DNA from: Bacteriovoracaceae bacterium
GTDB lineage: Bacteria > Bdellovibrionota > Bacteriovoracia > Bacteriovoracales > Bacteriovoracaceae
NCBI GenBank assembly: GCA_018649885.1
Contig: JABIHA010000099.1
Span: 1 to 42,898, forward strand
DNA: 42,898 bases
Reading direction: 5' to 3'
Shown here one piece after another: positions 30,101 through 40,872 of the stretch (position 1 is its first letter; each line of letters opens with the position of its first letter). The position numbers and the translations under genes are program-made. The notes under the pieces were generated by a model, which saw only the letters and a program-made list of their open reading frames with translations, had not been told where the DNA came from and searched no databases.

Positions 30101-30458
30101 AGAATTCCCCCAAGAAATTATGACAACATACAATTTAGTGACATTTTACCTCGACCAGGCTCAACAACTTACTTTTTTTCAAAATTTACATTAGATGTAT
30201 AATAAATTGACAGTAATACAGGTGCCGCAATGGAATCGATAAGTATGCTACCTATATGGCATAAACTCTAGCGATGCTAAATGTGAACCGCACCTTTTCA
30301 CACCTTTTCTAGACAGGTGCGAATATATTACAAAATTCATTTCATGGAATTTTTATTAAGGATACTATTTAATAAATAATCAAGGTCTACTTCACATTTA
30401 ACGAGAGTAAAGAAATTCTGTTTAGTGAGATTCTAGGCAAATTCCGGGGGGGATAGCA

Positions 30459-31088
30459 ATGACTTTAACGAAAAGTTTAACAGTAATAATTGCTTTAATT
30501 TGCTTTTGTTTAAACGCTTTTGCTGAAAGTGGTTACACCGTTGGCACAGAGCCTTACCTGAAATCTGATACAGAAAAAGATATTCACAGGTATCCAAATC
30601 AAGAAATTTTATGCTACGTAAGTTTAAATGCTGGATTGAGCCAGGCACCAGAGACTTTGCTAATTAATAAAATGAGACTTTCCAAAGATGGGGATACAAT
30701 AAGAGGGCAACTTAATGATTCCTCTGGTCGGTTTATTATTTCCTATGGCCTCGGATACAGGCTTACTTTACAAGGAGGCAATGTACTTGCTTCAGTTAAT
30801 TTTGCCTTCCAAGATGGTGCATACTCAAATTCAAGTGTGATTATTCCTACCGACGGTCCCCAAAACCTTTCTTTCAACGATCGAAGGGGATTACAAAATT
30901 ATGATATATATATTGATAGCAAGTACATCGATTCAGTTGGATTAAGATGCCTTTCAGCTACAGAAGACAATATCCAGAAATTCAGTGAAAAAGAAATCGA
31001 GCAGTTTCCTGGGCACAATATCGATAATGAGCAATTATTTGTAAATCCAGCTTTTACTGATAGATTACGATTGAATTTTGTCGACTAA
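30459..31088 (+). CDS. Secreted hypothetical protein
   Basis: Signal peptide ending AFA, G-rich RBS. Confidence 0.75.
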   Translation: MTLTKSLTVIIALICFCLNAFAESGYTVGTEPYLKSDTEKDIHRYPNQEILCYVSLNAGLSQAPETLLINKMRLSKDGDTIRGQLNDSSGRFIISYGLGYRLTLQGGNVLASVNFAFQDGAYSNSSVIIPTDGPQNLSFNDRRGLQNYDIYIDSKYIDSVGLRCLSATEDNIQKFSEKEIEQFPGHNIDNEQLFVNPAFTDRLRLNFVD

Positions 31089-31089
31089 A

Positions 31090-31113
31090 AAAGGTGCCAG
31101 TATAGGCACCTTT
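31090..31113. terminator. GGTGCC/GGCACC hairpin between convergent genes, likely bidirectional terminator
   Basis: AAAGGTGCC-agtata-GGCACCTTT. Confidence 0.6.
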
Positions 31114-31122
31114 ATAATATTG

Positions 31123-33258
31123 TTATAATCCTAATTTTTTAAGAAATGATACATTGGATATTGGCCTGTCGAGGAATAGTTCTACTGATTTAGTGATGTC
31201 TCTAGAACTTCCCTGAGAATAAATTTCTTGCCTTAATTTCAGACCTATTTCGGGATCTAAAAACCCTTTTTCGCTTTCAGAAAATTTGGATGCCATATCT
31301 GCAGCGATAGAATCAGACCATGCATAACCATAGTATCCAGCACTATATCCACCAGCAATATGTCCAAAATTAGTTAGAAAAGAAGCACCTTCTGCATGAG
31401 GCAAATGAACATCACCTAAGATTTTATTAGAATAGGCAACAAGATCTGGTAGATCCTCTTCTTTTAACTGGGTATGTAATTTAAGATCAAGCAGGCCATA
31501 AGAAAATTGCACTTTATAACCTGTTGCAACTGTCGCTTTTTCTACTTCTTCAATTTTCTTTAAAAAATTTGGATCTATTTTTGTTACGCCATCTTTGTAA
31601 TTAACAGCAAAGGTATCAAGTACCTGTTTATCCATAACAAAGTATTCAAGCATTTGTGAGGGCGCTTCTACAAAATCTCTGGCAACATTTGTTCCGGCCA
31701 TTGAAGGATATTTTGCTCTAGAAAGCATATTGTGTAAACCGTGACCAAATTCATGAAAAAGAGTTTCAACTTGACCAAAGGATAATAAGGAAGGTTTATC
31801 ACCTACAGGTCGTGGGAAGTTACAAATTAAGGCCCCTACAGGCTTTCTAAAACTTCCATCTTGATATTGTTTACCTGAAATCAAACCAAAGTGAGCAAAG
31901 TGACCATATTTTTCTTCTTTAGGTCGGGGATAGAGATCAAGATAAAGATAACCAAGTACTTCCTTTGATTTTGCATCTGAAACAGAAATTAATTGCAACT
32001 CATCGTCTGCAAACTTAGCAAAGTTTTCAATAAAATCAATTTTGAGTGAAAATACTTTTTCAAAAACGCTTAACATTCCCTTGAGAGTTTTATCAAGGGT
32101 GAAAAAGTCTTTCAATGCATTTAAATCTAGATCATATTTTTCCTTTTTAAGTATATTTTCATAATAGGAAACATCCCAATACTTTATTACAGCATTCGCT
32201 TCTCCTGTGGCCTTGACTTTCAGTAGTCTGAGTACTTCAATTTCTTGGTCAAATTTAGGTTGAAGTCCAGAATTGAGGTTACTCAAGAATTCGACTGCAT
32301 TGTCCCCAGTTTTTGCCATTCGATCTTCAGTTTGATAATCGGCCCAATTCTTATAACCAAGAATTTCTGATATTCTCATTCTTGTTTTTAGTATTTCTTG
32401 CATTACTGGGAGATTAATATCTTTGGCCACTGTTGATCTTGCAAGAGTTGCCTTCTTTCTCACTTCTTCTTTAGGAGAATATTTATAGACTGAACTGATT
32501 TGAGAATAAATAGTTGGTGATACATCAAAGCTACCATCTTCTTTAGCAGCAGGAGCGAGTTCTGATTCAAGGACTGATTTTGGCATTCCCTCCATCTCTT
32601 CTTTGGCAAAATGAGTGGAATTTTTTGATCCAAACGCTCTTACATTGGCACTAAATTTAGTGGACAACTCAGAGAGCTTCTTTTTTAGGCCTTTTAATTC
32701 TTCTTTTAATTTCTCATCTTCAAGGCTTAATCCAGACTTCTTGTAACCATTAATGGTGTCAACTACTAGCTTTTGATCCTGTCCTGATAATAAAACTCCC
32801 TTTTTTGTAAAGGCCATCAATTTATCAAATACATCCTTTCTTAATGAAGCATCAACATACCAAGAGTTATATTTCTGATTGAGTGCTTTTGATTTATCTC
32901 TCAAGACTTTTGAAGTAGAGGCGCTTTGCAGTAAGTAGTTTATAGAATCATTTCTTTCAAACTGATCAAAGGTGTTGTCGAGGGCCAAAAAAGTATTCTC
33001 AAAGCTAAGCTCTGAACCTTTTAAGTTTGCAATTTTATCGAGCGAATTATTAGCATTTTTAAGAGAGCTATTAACTAATTGTTCTAAACCATCCTCTGTA
33101 GTTGGAAATACCGGAAGATCAGCGTTTACTAAGTTATCACTAAATTTAACTGGAGCTGGTTTATTGCCTGGGCCACTATTATCTGATCCACAACTTGTCA
33201 TAGCAATACTAAGAGTGAGTAAGAGAGCAGATCTCCATACGAATTTTATTAGTGGCAT
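31123..33258 (-). CDS. M3A family (thimet oligopeptidase-like) metallopeptidase, lipoprotein
   Basis: LFHEFGHGLH, DFVEAPSQMLE, FGHIAGGYSAGYYGYAWS. Lipobox MTSC. Confidence 0.93.
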   Translation of the reverse strand: MPLIKFVWRSALLLTLSIAMTSCGSDNSGPGNKPAPVKFSDNLVNADLPVFPTTEDGLEQLVNSSLKNANNSLDKIANLKGSELSFENTFLALDNTFDQFERNDSINYLLQSASTSKVLRDKSKALNQKYNSWYVDASLRKDVFDKLMAFTKKGVLLSGQDQKLVVDTINGYKKSGLSLEDEKLKEELKGLKKKLSELSTKFSANVRAFGSKNSTHFAKEEMEGMPKSVLESELAPAAKEDGSFDVSPTIYSQISSVYKYSPKEEVRKKATLARSTVAKDINLPVMQEILKTRMRISEILGYKNWADYQTEDRMAKTGDNAVEFLSNLNSGLQPKFDQEIEVLRLLKVKATGEANAVIKYWDVSYYENILKKEKYDLDLNALKDFFTLDKTLKGMLSVFEKVFSLKIDFIENFAKFADDELQLISVSDAKSKEVLGYLYLDLYPRPKEEKYGHFAHFGLISGKQYQDGSFRKPVGALICNFPRPVGDKPSLLSFGQVETLFHEFGHGLHNMLSRAKYPSMAGTNVARDFVEAPSQMLEYFVMDKQVLDTFAVNYKDGVTKIDPNFLKKIEEVEKATVATGYKVQFSYGLLDLKLHTQLKEEDLPDLVAYSNKILGDVHLPHAEGASFLTNFGHIAGGYSAGYYGYAWSDSIAADMASKFSESEKGFLDPEIGLKLRQEIYSQGSSRDITKSVELFLDRPISNVSFLKKLGL

Positions 33259-33494
33259 ATTATCCCCCGGCAACAAAATGTTTAAACGCATCTACTAAAA
33301 ATACGAAGTTTTTATCTATATAATGCAATTGGAATGAGGCCACAAATAGTAGGGTCTCTAAATATCTCTAAATTACGTGATAAGTACTGAGAAATTTGAA
33401 AATAACAATTCAAGATGTAAGAAAAAACAAGTATTCAATACAATCGAAGGTCCATTTACTATATATCTGAAAGTTAAGGTGGCATTACGCACCA

Positions 33495-36400
33495 TTAACG
33501 AAAACCCTTGATGTGATCGAGATAGTACTCGGGAGCAGCTATATTGTAAGCGCCTAAGTAAACCTGCCATTCATAGAGTTTGTTGGGAGCAATATTGGGT
33601 TTTTTATCGATAACGTCATAAGCATAAGCGTGTTGGACTACACCGTTATCGCCTTTGACATCAATTTCTATTCGTTCATAACCTCGATTACTACATTCGA
33701 AGTGGTCAAGCGTTTTTAAGTCCTCATCTGTGATACTAACCAAAAGCCCCCAAACTTTATGCCCTGGAGCTGCCATCATGTCTGCGACACCTCCTTTCCT
33801 GGCCTCGGAGTAGCGGGTGTAACGGAGTTCATAGTCGTGAGCAGTGGCCCTCTTAATCACTTTGGCACTAGGGCAACGATTTTTAATTTGGTGGATATCC
33901 ATGTTTGAACCAAAACAAAAAACCAAGTTTTCACTTAAAGATTTGTCTGGTCCAAATCCACCCCCGCCTGGTGTACTGATAATGAGGCGATCACCCGGTT
34001 GAACTTCCACGGAAAAGCACTCTGACAATTCGGTGATCTCATTTTTTGATTCCAGTAGATTTATTCCTCGCGTCGCCTGCTTCCCTTGGCCCAGGCCTTG
34101 GGGAGACTCCTCTCGAAATTGGGTGATCATGCTGACACTCATCTTTTCAAGAAATACAATTTTGCGATAAAGCCCATCTCCTCCGAAATTTTGACCTGCT
34201 CCGCCACTTCCCAGGCGTATGGCCATTAGCTCGACTAAAACAGGGAAGCGTGACTCCATCACTTCAGGGTCGGTTAAAAGGGAGTTTGTCATATTCACTT
34301 GGACAGCACTTGCGCCCACTGCGGACGCAGTTGCGCCACTGCCTCCGGCCAAAGTTTCATAATACTGATATTTTTCGGTACCAAAACTAAGATTATTCAT
34401 CGTGCCTTGAGAATTGGCCTTGACCCCTAAGGCCTCAAAAACCAAGTCACAGATCACTTGTGAGGTTTCTACGTTCCCAGCGACAACGGCGTCGCTTGCG
34501 CCAGGATTTAGCATACAGTTTTCTGGAACTTGAATTTCAACACTTCTCAGGACTCCTTCATTGAGTGGGATATCTTCCATGATCAGGCAACGAAGAGCAA
34601 ACATGATCGAGGCCTTAACCACCGGCAGAGGTGTATTAAAGTTATTTTGCAATCTTGGTGAGCTACCTGCGAAGTTAAAAAAAAGTACTTTATCACGATA
34701 GAAAATCTCTAATTCTATCACTCTGTCCCCAGTGATAGTTTTCTTTACCTTACTAGAATCAAAGTTTTGCAACGCTTTTTCTATTTTCCTGTGGGTATAT
34801 TCGATAAGAGATTTGCCCATCTTTTGAACATAGGCCGTCCCACATTTATTTAAAATAGTGACAAGTTCTTCCAGCCCTTTTTGGTTTGCTGCCAGTTTTG
34901 CCTTGATGTCATGAAGATTGAGCTCATATTTTCGTACCGGATAAGGGCCAGAGCACAAAATATCCCTTAAGAGATCCTCATTAAAGTTACCTTGATGGAC
35001 CAATTTATGCAATTTGATGACTACCCCTTCCTGCTCTAAACACGTGCTATGTCCTGGCATGGATCCAGGGCTCACTCCACCAATGTCAGCGTGATGGCCA
35101 CGAGATGCCAGCCACATGACAATTTTTTCTTCAAAAAATACAGGGGTGATCACAGTCACGTCAGGAAGGTGGGTGCCACCACTCGTAGGGTCATTGGTGA
35201 TAAAGCTATCGCCGGGTTCTATCTTTGAAGCATGACTGATGACAAAGCGAACCGCATCACCCATGGAGCCCAAATGAACAGGTATATGGGGAGCATTGGC
35301 GATCAATTCTCCTTTTTCGTTAAACAAAGCACAGGAAAAATCATTGCGCTCCTTTATATTCACTGAACGGGCAAGCCGCTTAAGGGTAAGACCCATTTGC
35401 TCAGCGATAAACTGAAACCTTTGATAAAATATTTCAAGCTCAATGCGTTCGTCTCTGATATTTTTGACTTGTTCTTTTGGCTCAAATTTAAACTGCCAAA
35501 CTCCATTTTCAAAACGCTTACCACTCCAGTTTTTTTCTACAACTAGGCAAGTATTGTTCTCACTAATGAGGCCTTCATCATTAATCGACTCTGGTGAAGA
35601 TTTGAATTCCAATTGATGTGAATGCTCTTTAATATGAGATTTTAAGACGATGGTATCGCAAACAGGGGGGCCTTGAAGAGCAATCCCAAATGTTTGTTGA
35701 TAAAGGGTTTTGAATTTTTCCGAGGCCAAATAATATGACTCTGCTTGTATTTGAAATTCATGGTTACTGTCTTTAGCTCTTAGTAAGAAAAAGGGAGTTG
35801 AGTCGAAGGATTTTGAATCGAGCTTTTTTTCCATTTCTATTTTTAATGAATTGTGACCATCAACAAATCTGCCATTTAATCTGAGTCCAACCTGGGCCTG
35901 ACCTATTCCAAAAGCCGAAAGCACACTGGAAAGGGGGTGAATCAAGACACTCTCAATGCGCAGGCTCTCTGCCACTTTGAGGGCCATTTGTCCGCCAGCA
36001 CCACCAAAACTCACCAGCGTAAACTCTTTAGGATCAAGACCTTTTTCGACAGACACTTTGTGAATGGCGCGAGACATGGTCTCGACTGCAACCTCGATGA
36101 AGCCTTCGGCAAGCTCCAAGGCCGTAAGCCCTGAATCCTTAGAGAGCTCATTAAACTTCTCTCGGACGATCTTTTTATCAAGTCCACAATTTTGGTTAGG
36201 CCCAAATACTTTAGGGAACTTTTCTGGATCTATTCTTCCAAGAAAAAGGTTGGCATCAGTGATAGTTAAAGGCCCACCATTTTGATAACATGCAGGGCCT
36301 GGATAAGCGCCTGCTGATTCAGGTCCGACTTTTAATCTCCCATCGTCATAAGACAGGATTGAGCCTCCACCGGCTGCGACGGTATGAATATCCATCATGG

Positions 36401-37325
36401 GAGTAAGAAGTTTTATACCATGAAATTCCGGATGGTAATTGATCTGGACCTCACCACCATAAATGGAAACATCAGTTGAGGTTCCTCCCATATCAAAGCA
36501 AATGATTTTTTTCTCACCCTGCTTTTTTGCCGCATGGGTTGCACCAATCAGCCCACCGGCCGGTCCGGATAACAATGCATTATATCCTTTAAACCTATTT
36601 GCGTTACATAAACTCCCATCGGATTGCATGTAAAGAATGTTTTTTATGTTCAACAGGCCTTCAAGCTTTTGGGTGTACTGCTTGAGGTAGGGGGAGAGGT
36701 AGGCATCAAAGACCGCTGTTTCAGTTCGAGAAATATAATTGGCGACAGAGCTTACACGGTGAGAGAGAGAAACATATTCAAAGCCAAGCTTATAAGCGAG
36801 ACTTTCCAGAGCTAGCTCGTGCATAGGATTGATCGTTGAGTGCATAAAAGAAACCGCAAGGGACTTAATCCCCTTATTTAAAATGCGATGTAATTCAAAT
36901 TGTGCGATATCTTGGTCAAATTCTGTAAGTTCATAGCCTTCGGCATTCATGCGGCCTGGTATTTCTGTACTGTAGCAGTGGAGAGGCTCAATTTTTTCAA
37001 TGTCTAAGTCAAATAATCGTGGACGATTCTGCTGCCTAATGTTTAATACATCTCGTTGACCTAAAGTTGTTACCAGAGCACACTTGACACCTTTTTTCTC
37101 GAGGAAAGCATTGGTGGCAACAGTCGTTCCGAGTCGCACTTGTTCAATTGCCTCATGGAAACGTCTATGCCCAATTATGTGAGCGATTCCTTCTACAATG
37201 GCCGATTCATAGTTCACACTTTGAGAAAGTAGTTTATGAGTCCTATAAACCCCTTCTCGATTAACAGCAATAAAATCGGTAAAGGTACCGCCGCAATCAA
37301 TCCAAAATGTCCACTTCGTTGTCAT
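33495..37325 (-). CDS. 5-oxoprolinase (hydantoinase A+B) fused to a C-terminal gamma-glutamylcyclotransferase domain
   Basis: DCGGTFTD, LSGPAGG, DMGGTSTDV, PHIPVHLGSM, GTHLPD, HHADIGG, TPGGGGFG. Then FCFGSNM...VWG.L...LDHFE....Y.R, a GGCT/AIG2-like pattern. Confidence 0.9.
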   Translation of the reverse strand: MTTKWTFWIDCGGTFTDFIAVNREGVYRTHKLLSQSVNYESAIVEGIAHIIGHRRFHEAIEQVRLGTTVATNAFLEKKGVKCALVTTLGQRDVLNIRQQNRPRLFDLDIEKIEPLHCYSTEIPGRMNAEGYELTEFDQDIAQFELHRILNKGIKSLAVSFMHSTINPMHELALESLAYKLGFEYVSLSHRVSSVANYISRTETAVFDAYLSPYLKQYTQKLEGLLNIKNILYMQSDGSLCNANRFKGYNALLSGPAGGLIGATHAAKKQGEKKIICFDMGGTSTDVSIYGGEVQINYHPEFHGIKLLTPMMDIHTVAAGGGSILSYDDGRLKVGPESAGAYPGPACYQNGGPLTITDANLFLGRIDPEKFPKVFGPNQNCGLDKKIVREKFNELSKDSGLTALELAEGFIEVAVETMSRAIHKVSVEKGLDPKEFTLVSFGGAGGQMALKVAESLRIESVLIHPLSSVLSAFGIGQAQVGLRLNGRFVDGHNSLKIEMEKKLDSKSFDSTPFFLLRAKDSNHEFQIQAESYYLASEKFKTLYQQTFGIALQGPPVCDTIVLKSHIKEHSHQLEFKSSPESINDEGLISENNTCLVVEKNWSGKRFENGVWQFKFEPKEQVKNIRDERIELEIFYQRFQFIAEQMGLTLKRLARSVNIKERNDFSCALFNEKGELIANAPHIPVHLGSMGDAVRFVISHASKIEPGDSFITNDPTSGGTHLPDVTVITPVFFEEKIVMWLASRGHHADIGGVSPGSMPGHSTCLEQEGVVIKLHKLVHQGNFNEDLLRDILCSGPYPVRKYELNLHDIKAKLAANQKGLEELVTILNKCGTAYVQKMGKSLIEYTHRKIEKALQNFDSSKVKKTITGDRVIELEIFYRDKVLFFNFAGSSPRLQNNFNTPLPVVKASIMFALRCLIMEDIPLNEGVLRSVEIQVPENCMLNPGASDAVVAGNVETSQVICDLVFEALGVKANSQGTMNNLSFGTEKYQYYETLAGGSGATASAVGASAVQVNMTNSLLTDPEVMESRFPVLVELMAIRLGSGGAGQNFGGDGLYRKIVFLEKMSVSMITQFREESPQGLGQGKQATRGINLLESKNEITELSECFSVEVQPGDRLIISTPGGGGFGPDKSLSENLVFCFGSNMDIHQIKNRCPSAKVIKRATAHDYELRYTRYSEARKGGVADMMAAPGHKVWGLLVSITDEDLKTLDHFECSNRGYERIEIDVKGDNGVVQHAYAYDVIDKKPNIAPNKLYEWQVYLGAYNIAAPEYYLDHIKGFR

Positions 37326-37338
37326 GTCACTATCTTAT

Positions 37339-37395
37339 AGGTGCCAGGTACACGGAGTAAAGCATTAGACTCATACCACAGTGTACTTGGCACCT
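37339..37395. repeat. REP-like doublet with 15-bp inverted arms
   Basis: AGGTGCCAGGTACAC (37339-37353) and GTGTACTTGGCACCT (37381-37395), 1 mismatch. Confidence 0.8.
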
Positions 37396-37720
37396 TTGGG
37401 GGGAATCTTTTTTTGCCATTCTTTTGTGTACTTTATTAATGCTAGTAGGGAAGCATAGGGAAAGTAAGGAAGGCTAAGTGGTCGTAATCCTATATCGCAG
37501 CTTAGGAGAGTACAAAGCAATCATTTGAATTTCTAGATTATGCTAAAATCAACTAATTAGATGACTTGGGGTGAGTACAATTAGATTTGAAAAACACTAA
37601 AATTTATTTATTCGTCGGTCAATCTTAATTAATTTGTGTTTAGAGTTTTCCCGAAGGTAAACAATGAAGCCGTTTGTGGGGACAAAAGATATAAGAGTGA
37701 GGATAAGAATAGGAGTGGGA

Positions 37721-38872
37721 ATGCGATTAACTATATTTTTTATTGCATTGGTATTTTCTGCACACTCCTTTGGGGAATTTAAATTAACTGAACAAGAGTG
37801 TTCAACAATTCAACTTGATGCTGAAGGTGAAACTCTTGAAAATCACCCTTTCTTAGGGCAAGGCTCAACCGGTACCTGTTATTCTCATGCAAGCTCAAAA
37901 TTAATTGATCACCACATTATGAAAACTGAAGGGGTCCCATTTCATTCATCACCCATGGTGAATGCTATTTTATTCCAAGCAGCTATAAATGGAGATGATC
38001 TTTACGGGGGAAATAATAATTGCCAATTGTTAAATACAGCAAATAGAGAGGGTGTTTGTCCGAGAGAGAAATTTGAAGGGACTTTTAAGGTAAAAGACTT
38101 TGAGCCACTCCTTATGGAATTGTCTAGGATCTATAAAAGTTATAGTAAAGGGAGATCAAAGAAAAAGGATGCTATTGTAGCAAGAATACAAAAAAAGCTT
38201 GAAAGAAAGCACAAGCTCGAAAGTACTAAGCCTCCAACAACCATACAGGTTCAAAACTCTTTGGACCAAGGAAGCTTTGGAGATTTTTTAAAAGTTTTAT
38301 TAGTAGATAGTTATTGCCCTGATAGAAAAATCATGAATACTCCAATAAGCTGTGATGAAAAACGAATCTTTTCTCCAGATGAGTCAGAATCTTCAAGATC
38401 TATTCATCAAGGTTTAGAGCATGGAAATCCGACTGCTATTGAAATTTGTGGAAACGTATTAAGCAATTCTTCTTATGTCGGCGTAAACTGGGAATCAGAA
38501 GATCTTGCTCGTGGGAATCGTAATGCAACTGCTTCTGCGGGGGGAGATGATCCTTGTAGGGCTCATTGGCTTACAGTTATTGGAAGAGAATGGCAAAATG
38601 GATCTTGTCACTTTAAACTCTATGATTCTATGAATTCAAGGTCTTTTACTGAAGGGAAAATCAGCATCTCTGAAAAAAAAATCGGCCTCAATATTTTTCA
38701 ATATACTTCTATTTATAGTTTTTCTGAAAGTTTGAGAGGTAAAAGGCAACTGGTTAAACCGGGAGAAGTTGGTTCAGCGCAGACATATCAATTAGGTGGT
38801 TCACGAGATGGTGAACGTAAATTCCGAGAGCCAGAAACATATACAACTTCTGAAGTGCTTGCTGATGAATAA
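37721..38872 (+). CDS. Secreted papain-like (C1-type) cysteine peptidase
   Basis: Signal peptide, QGSTGTCYSHA (Gln/Cys), HWLTVIG (His), LYDS. AGGAG RBS. Confidence 0.75.
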   Translation: MRLTIFFIALVFSAHSFGEFKLTEQECSTIQLDAEGETLENHPFLGQGSTGTCYSHASSKLIDHHIMKTEGVPFHSSPMVNAILFQAAINGDDLYGGNNNCQLLNTANREGVCPREKFEGTFKVKDFEPLLMELSRIYKSYSKGRSKKKDAIVARIQKKLERKHKLESTKPPTTIQVQNSLDQGSFGDFLKVLLVDSYCPDRKIMNTPISCDEKRIFSPDESESSRSIHQGLEHGNPTAIEICGNVLSNSSYVGVNWESEDLARGNRNATASAGGDDPCRAHWLTVIGREWQNGSCHFKLYDSMNSRSFTEGKISISEKKIGLNIFQYTSIYSFSESLRGKRQLVKPGEVGSAQTYQLGGSRDGERKFREPETYTTSEVLADE

Positions 38873-38929
38873 TAAAGTTTAGATTTTTTGCTTTTTACCA
38901 CTTTCAAGATAGGAAAATAAGAAAAAATA

Positions 38930-38972
38930 AGTGCGTGGCTAGAATCAAATTGCCAGTGCATTGTGAAAAGTA
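38930..38972 (+). repeat. 43-bp direct repeat, copy 1
   Basis: Identical to 42722-42764. Confidence 0.95.
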
Positions 38973-39129
38973 CCTCTATTTTACCTCTATTGCCTCTATT
39001 CATACCTCTATTCAAATGAGCATGGCACCTAATTTGAAGTAAAGTCGGGCGGTCCCACTCTTGACCCCACACACCGGGTATATGGCACCTGTTTGGTGTA
39101 ATATTAAACTATGAAAAAAAGACTACTTA

Positions 39130-39780
39130 GTGATTAAAGATCTCGAACAACGTATCATTTACGAAAATGAAAATGTACTTGTCGTTAACAAACCATATAA
39201 TCTTCCCTCAACTGGGCGTTCATTAGATGATGATGACTGCTTACAGTTTTGGCTAATAAAGCGCCATGGAGGTATGGTTTGGGCAATTCATCAACTTGAT
39301 GCCGATACGAGTGGTGTTAATATTTTTGTAACTGAAAAAAAGTTGGTTTCTATATATAAAAAATCCTTAGAAAAAATGAATGCAAATAAAGAGTACTTAG
39401 TAATCGTTCATGGTGTTCCCGATTGGAATGAATGCGAAGAGTTTGGACCCATAGGTAAGATTGATGATCATAGTCTTGGCATTCACCCAGAAGGTAAAAG
39501 TGCACACAGCAAATTTACTGTAATTAAAAGAGGTGAAAATCATACATTTTTGAAAGCTCAAATTTTTACCGGACGAACACACCAGATACGAATACATCTA
39601 AGTCACCTTGGACACCCGGTCGTTGGTGATGATTGGTACTGTAAGCCTCCTTGTCAGGAGCATATACGTCAGGCACTACATTGCCATAAAATACACTTGC
39701 TCAGTAGCAATGAACTTTTCACGGCACCTTTACCCCTGGATCTAGAAGAGCTGATTGTAAAATTTAATATTAATGAATAA
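39130..39780 (+). CDS. RluA-family pseudouridine synthase (no S4 domain)
   Basis: VNKP, IHQLDADTSG, TGRTHQIRIHL..LGHPVVGD, QALH. Confidence 0.92.
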   Translation: MIKDLEQRIIYENENVLVVNKPYNLPSTGRSLDDDDCLQFWLIKRHGGMVWAIHQLDADTSGVNIFVTEKKLVSIYKKSLEKMNANKEYLVIVHGVPDWNECEEFGPIGKIDDHSLGIHPEGKSAHSKFTVIKRGENHTFLKAQIFTGRTHQIRIHLSHLGHPVVGDDWYCKPPCQEHIRQALHCHKIHLLSSNELFTAPLPLDLEELIVKFNINE

Positions 39781-39828
39781 ATGAAAAAGAAAAGAAAGAG
39801 CATGTCCCCCCTTTTTTAATTTGAATGC

Positions 39829-40872
39829 TCACTCCCCAACACTTTTGACTTCGATCACCTCATAGACTTGTTGGTAGGGTGATAACTCGCCTGATCCGCT
39901 ATCTTTATATTCTGGAAAGAGCCTGGAAAAATCGTTAGCGACAAGAAAACTCCCTTCTGTAGCAGAGTATCCATCAAAAAAATTACGTGCAGAGGTTTCA
40001 AATTCTAATCCTGAGGTGTCCCTTACCACCAGAGTGGAATAAAGATCGTTGGTGCTAAAAAGAGAGAGTGACGCTTTTATCATCTCATCTCTAGCTGGTT
40101 TAATAGCCTCAGGCGTTGTTAAAATACAGTACTTATGTTTTTGGAGCTCTACTAAAATTTTAGGTTCCTCTAAAAGATGACTATTGCCTGCGGTAATAAA
40201 AAGAACTGAACCTTCACTTCCTTCACCGCTAGAAAACCTGCGAATATTTTCAATCAAGGTAGTATTTCTCTGATCAAGTGTGGCAATATCCAGGCGCTTT
40301 ATCTGGGCCATATAGGAATCCGATTTCTTAACCTCTTCCTCTATTTCAAACATCTTGGCCTCTTTTAATACTTCACATTCAGCTTGTGATGAACAACCCT
40401 GGCCGATTGCAATTTGCTCAAATTCTGTGAAAAGCCTGGTGGCCCTTTCAAGGCTTTCTTTTGCCTGTGCCTGGTAACTTGTAACTTGCTCAACAATACT
40501 TAAATCATCCCAACCAAGACCAGTGAGATTTGCCGACAACTCCGTTCTATTTTGACTCATACCAAACACATCTCTTTTTAAATCAACCTCTCCCTCAAAA
40601 CCTTCGAGCATCCAATAAGATCGTTTCCCCGTGGACTGTTTTATTGAATTGGCCAGCCTTCCTATCAATTCATTTCTTTTTTCAATTAAAGAGACATTTT
40701 CATGCACTTCTCCAAAAAGAATAATTTCAGCTTCTTCAATGGGAGTTTGGCAAAGAGTTGGATGTGGGATAAGTCCTTTTGGAATCATAGAGGCCAGGTC
40801 AACTTCCTCACTCTTTAAATTAAAAGAGTAAAAACTGAGTGCAATTGCCAGGCTCCATACCACTATTTTCAT
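39829..40872 (-). CDS. Secreted protein of probable EreA/ChaN/TIKI-like fold
   Basis: IILFGEVH, WMLEG, RN, ITAGNSH pattern. Signal peptide. Confidence 0.6.
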   Translation of the reverse strand: MKIVVWSLAIALSFYSFNLKSEEVDLASMIPKGLIPHPTLCQTPIEEAEIILFGEVHENVSLIEKRNELIGRLANSIKQSTGKRSYWMLEGFEGEVDLKRDVFGMSQNRTELSANLTGLGWDDLSIVEQVTSYQAQAKESLERATRLFTEFEQIAIGQGCSSQAECEVLKEAKMFEIEEEVKKSDSYMAQIKRLDIATLDQRNTTLIENIRRFSSGEGSEGSVLFITAGNSHLLEEPKILVELQKHKYCILTTPEAIKPARDEMIKASLSLFSTNDLYSTLVVRDTSGLEFETSARNFFDGYSATEGSFLVANDFSRLFPEYKDSGSGELSPYQQVYEVIEVKSVGE

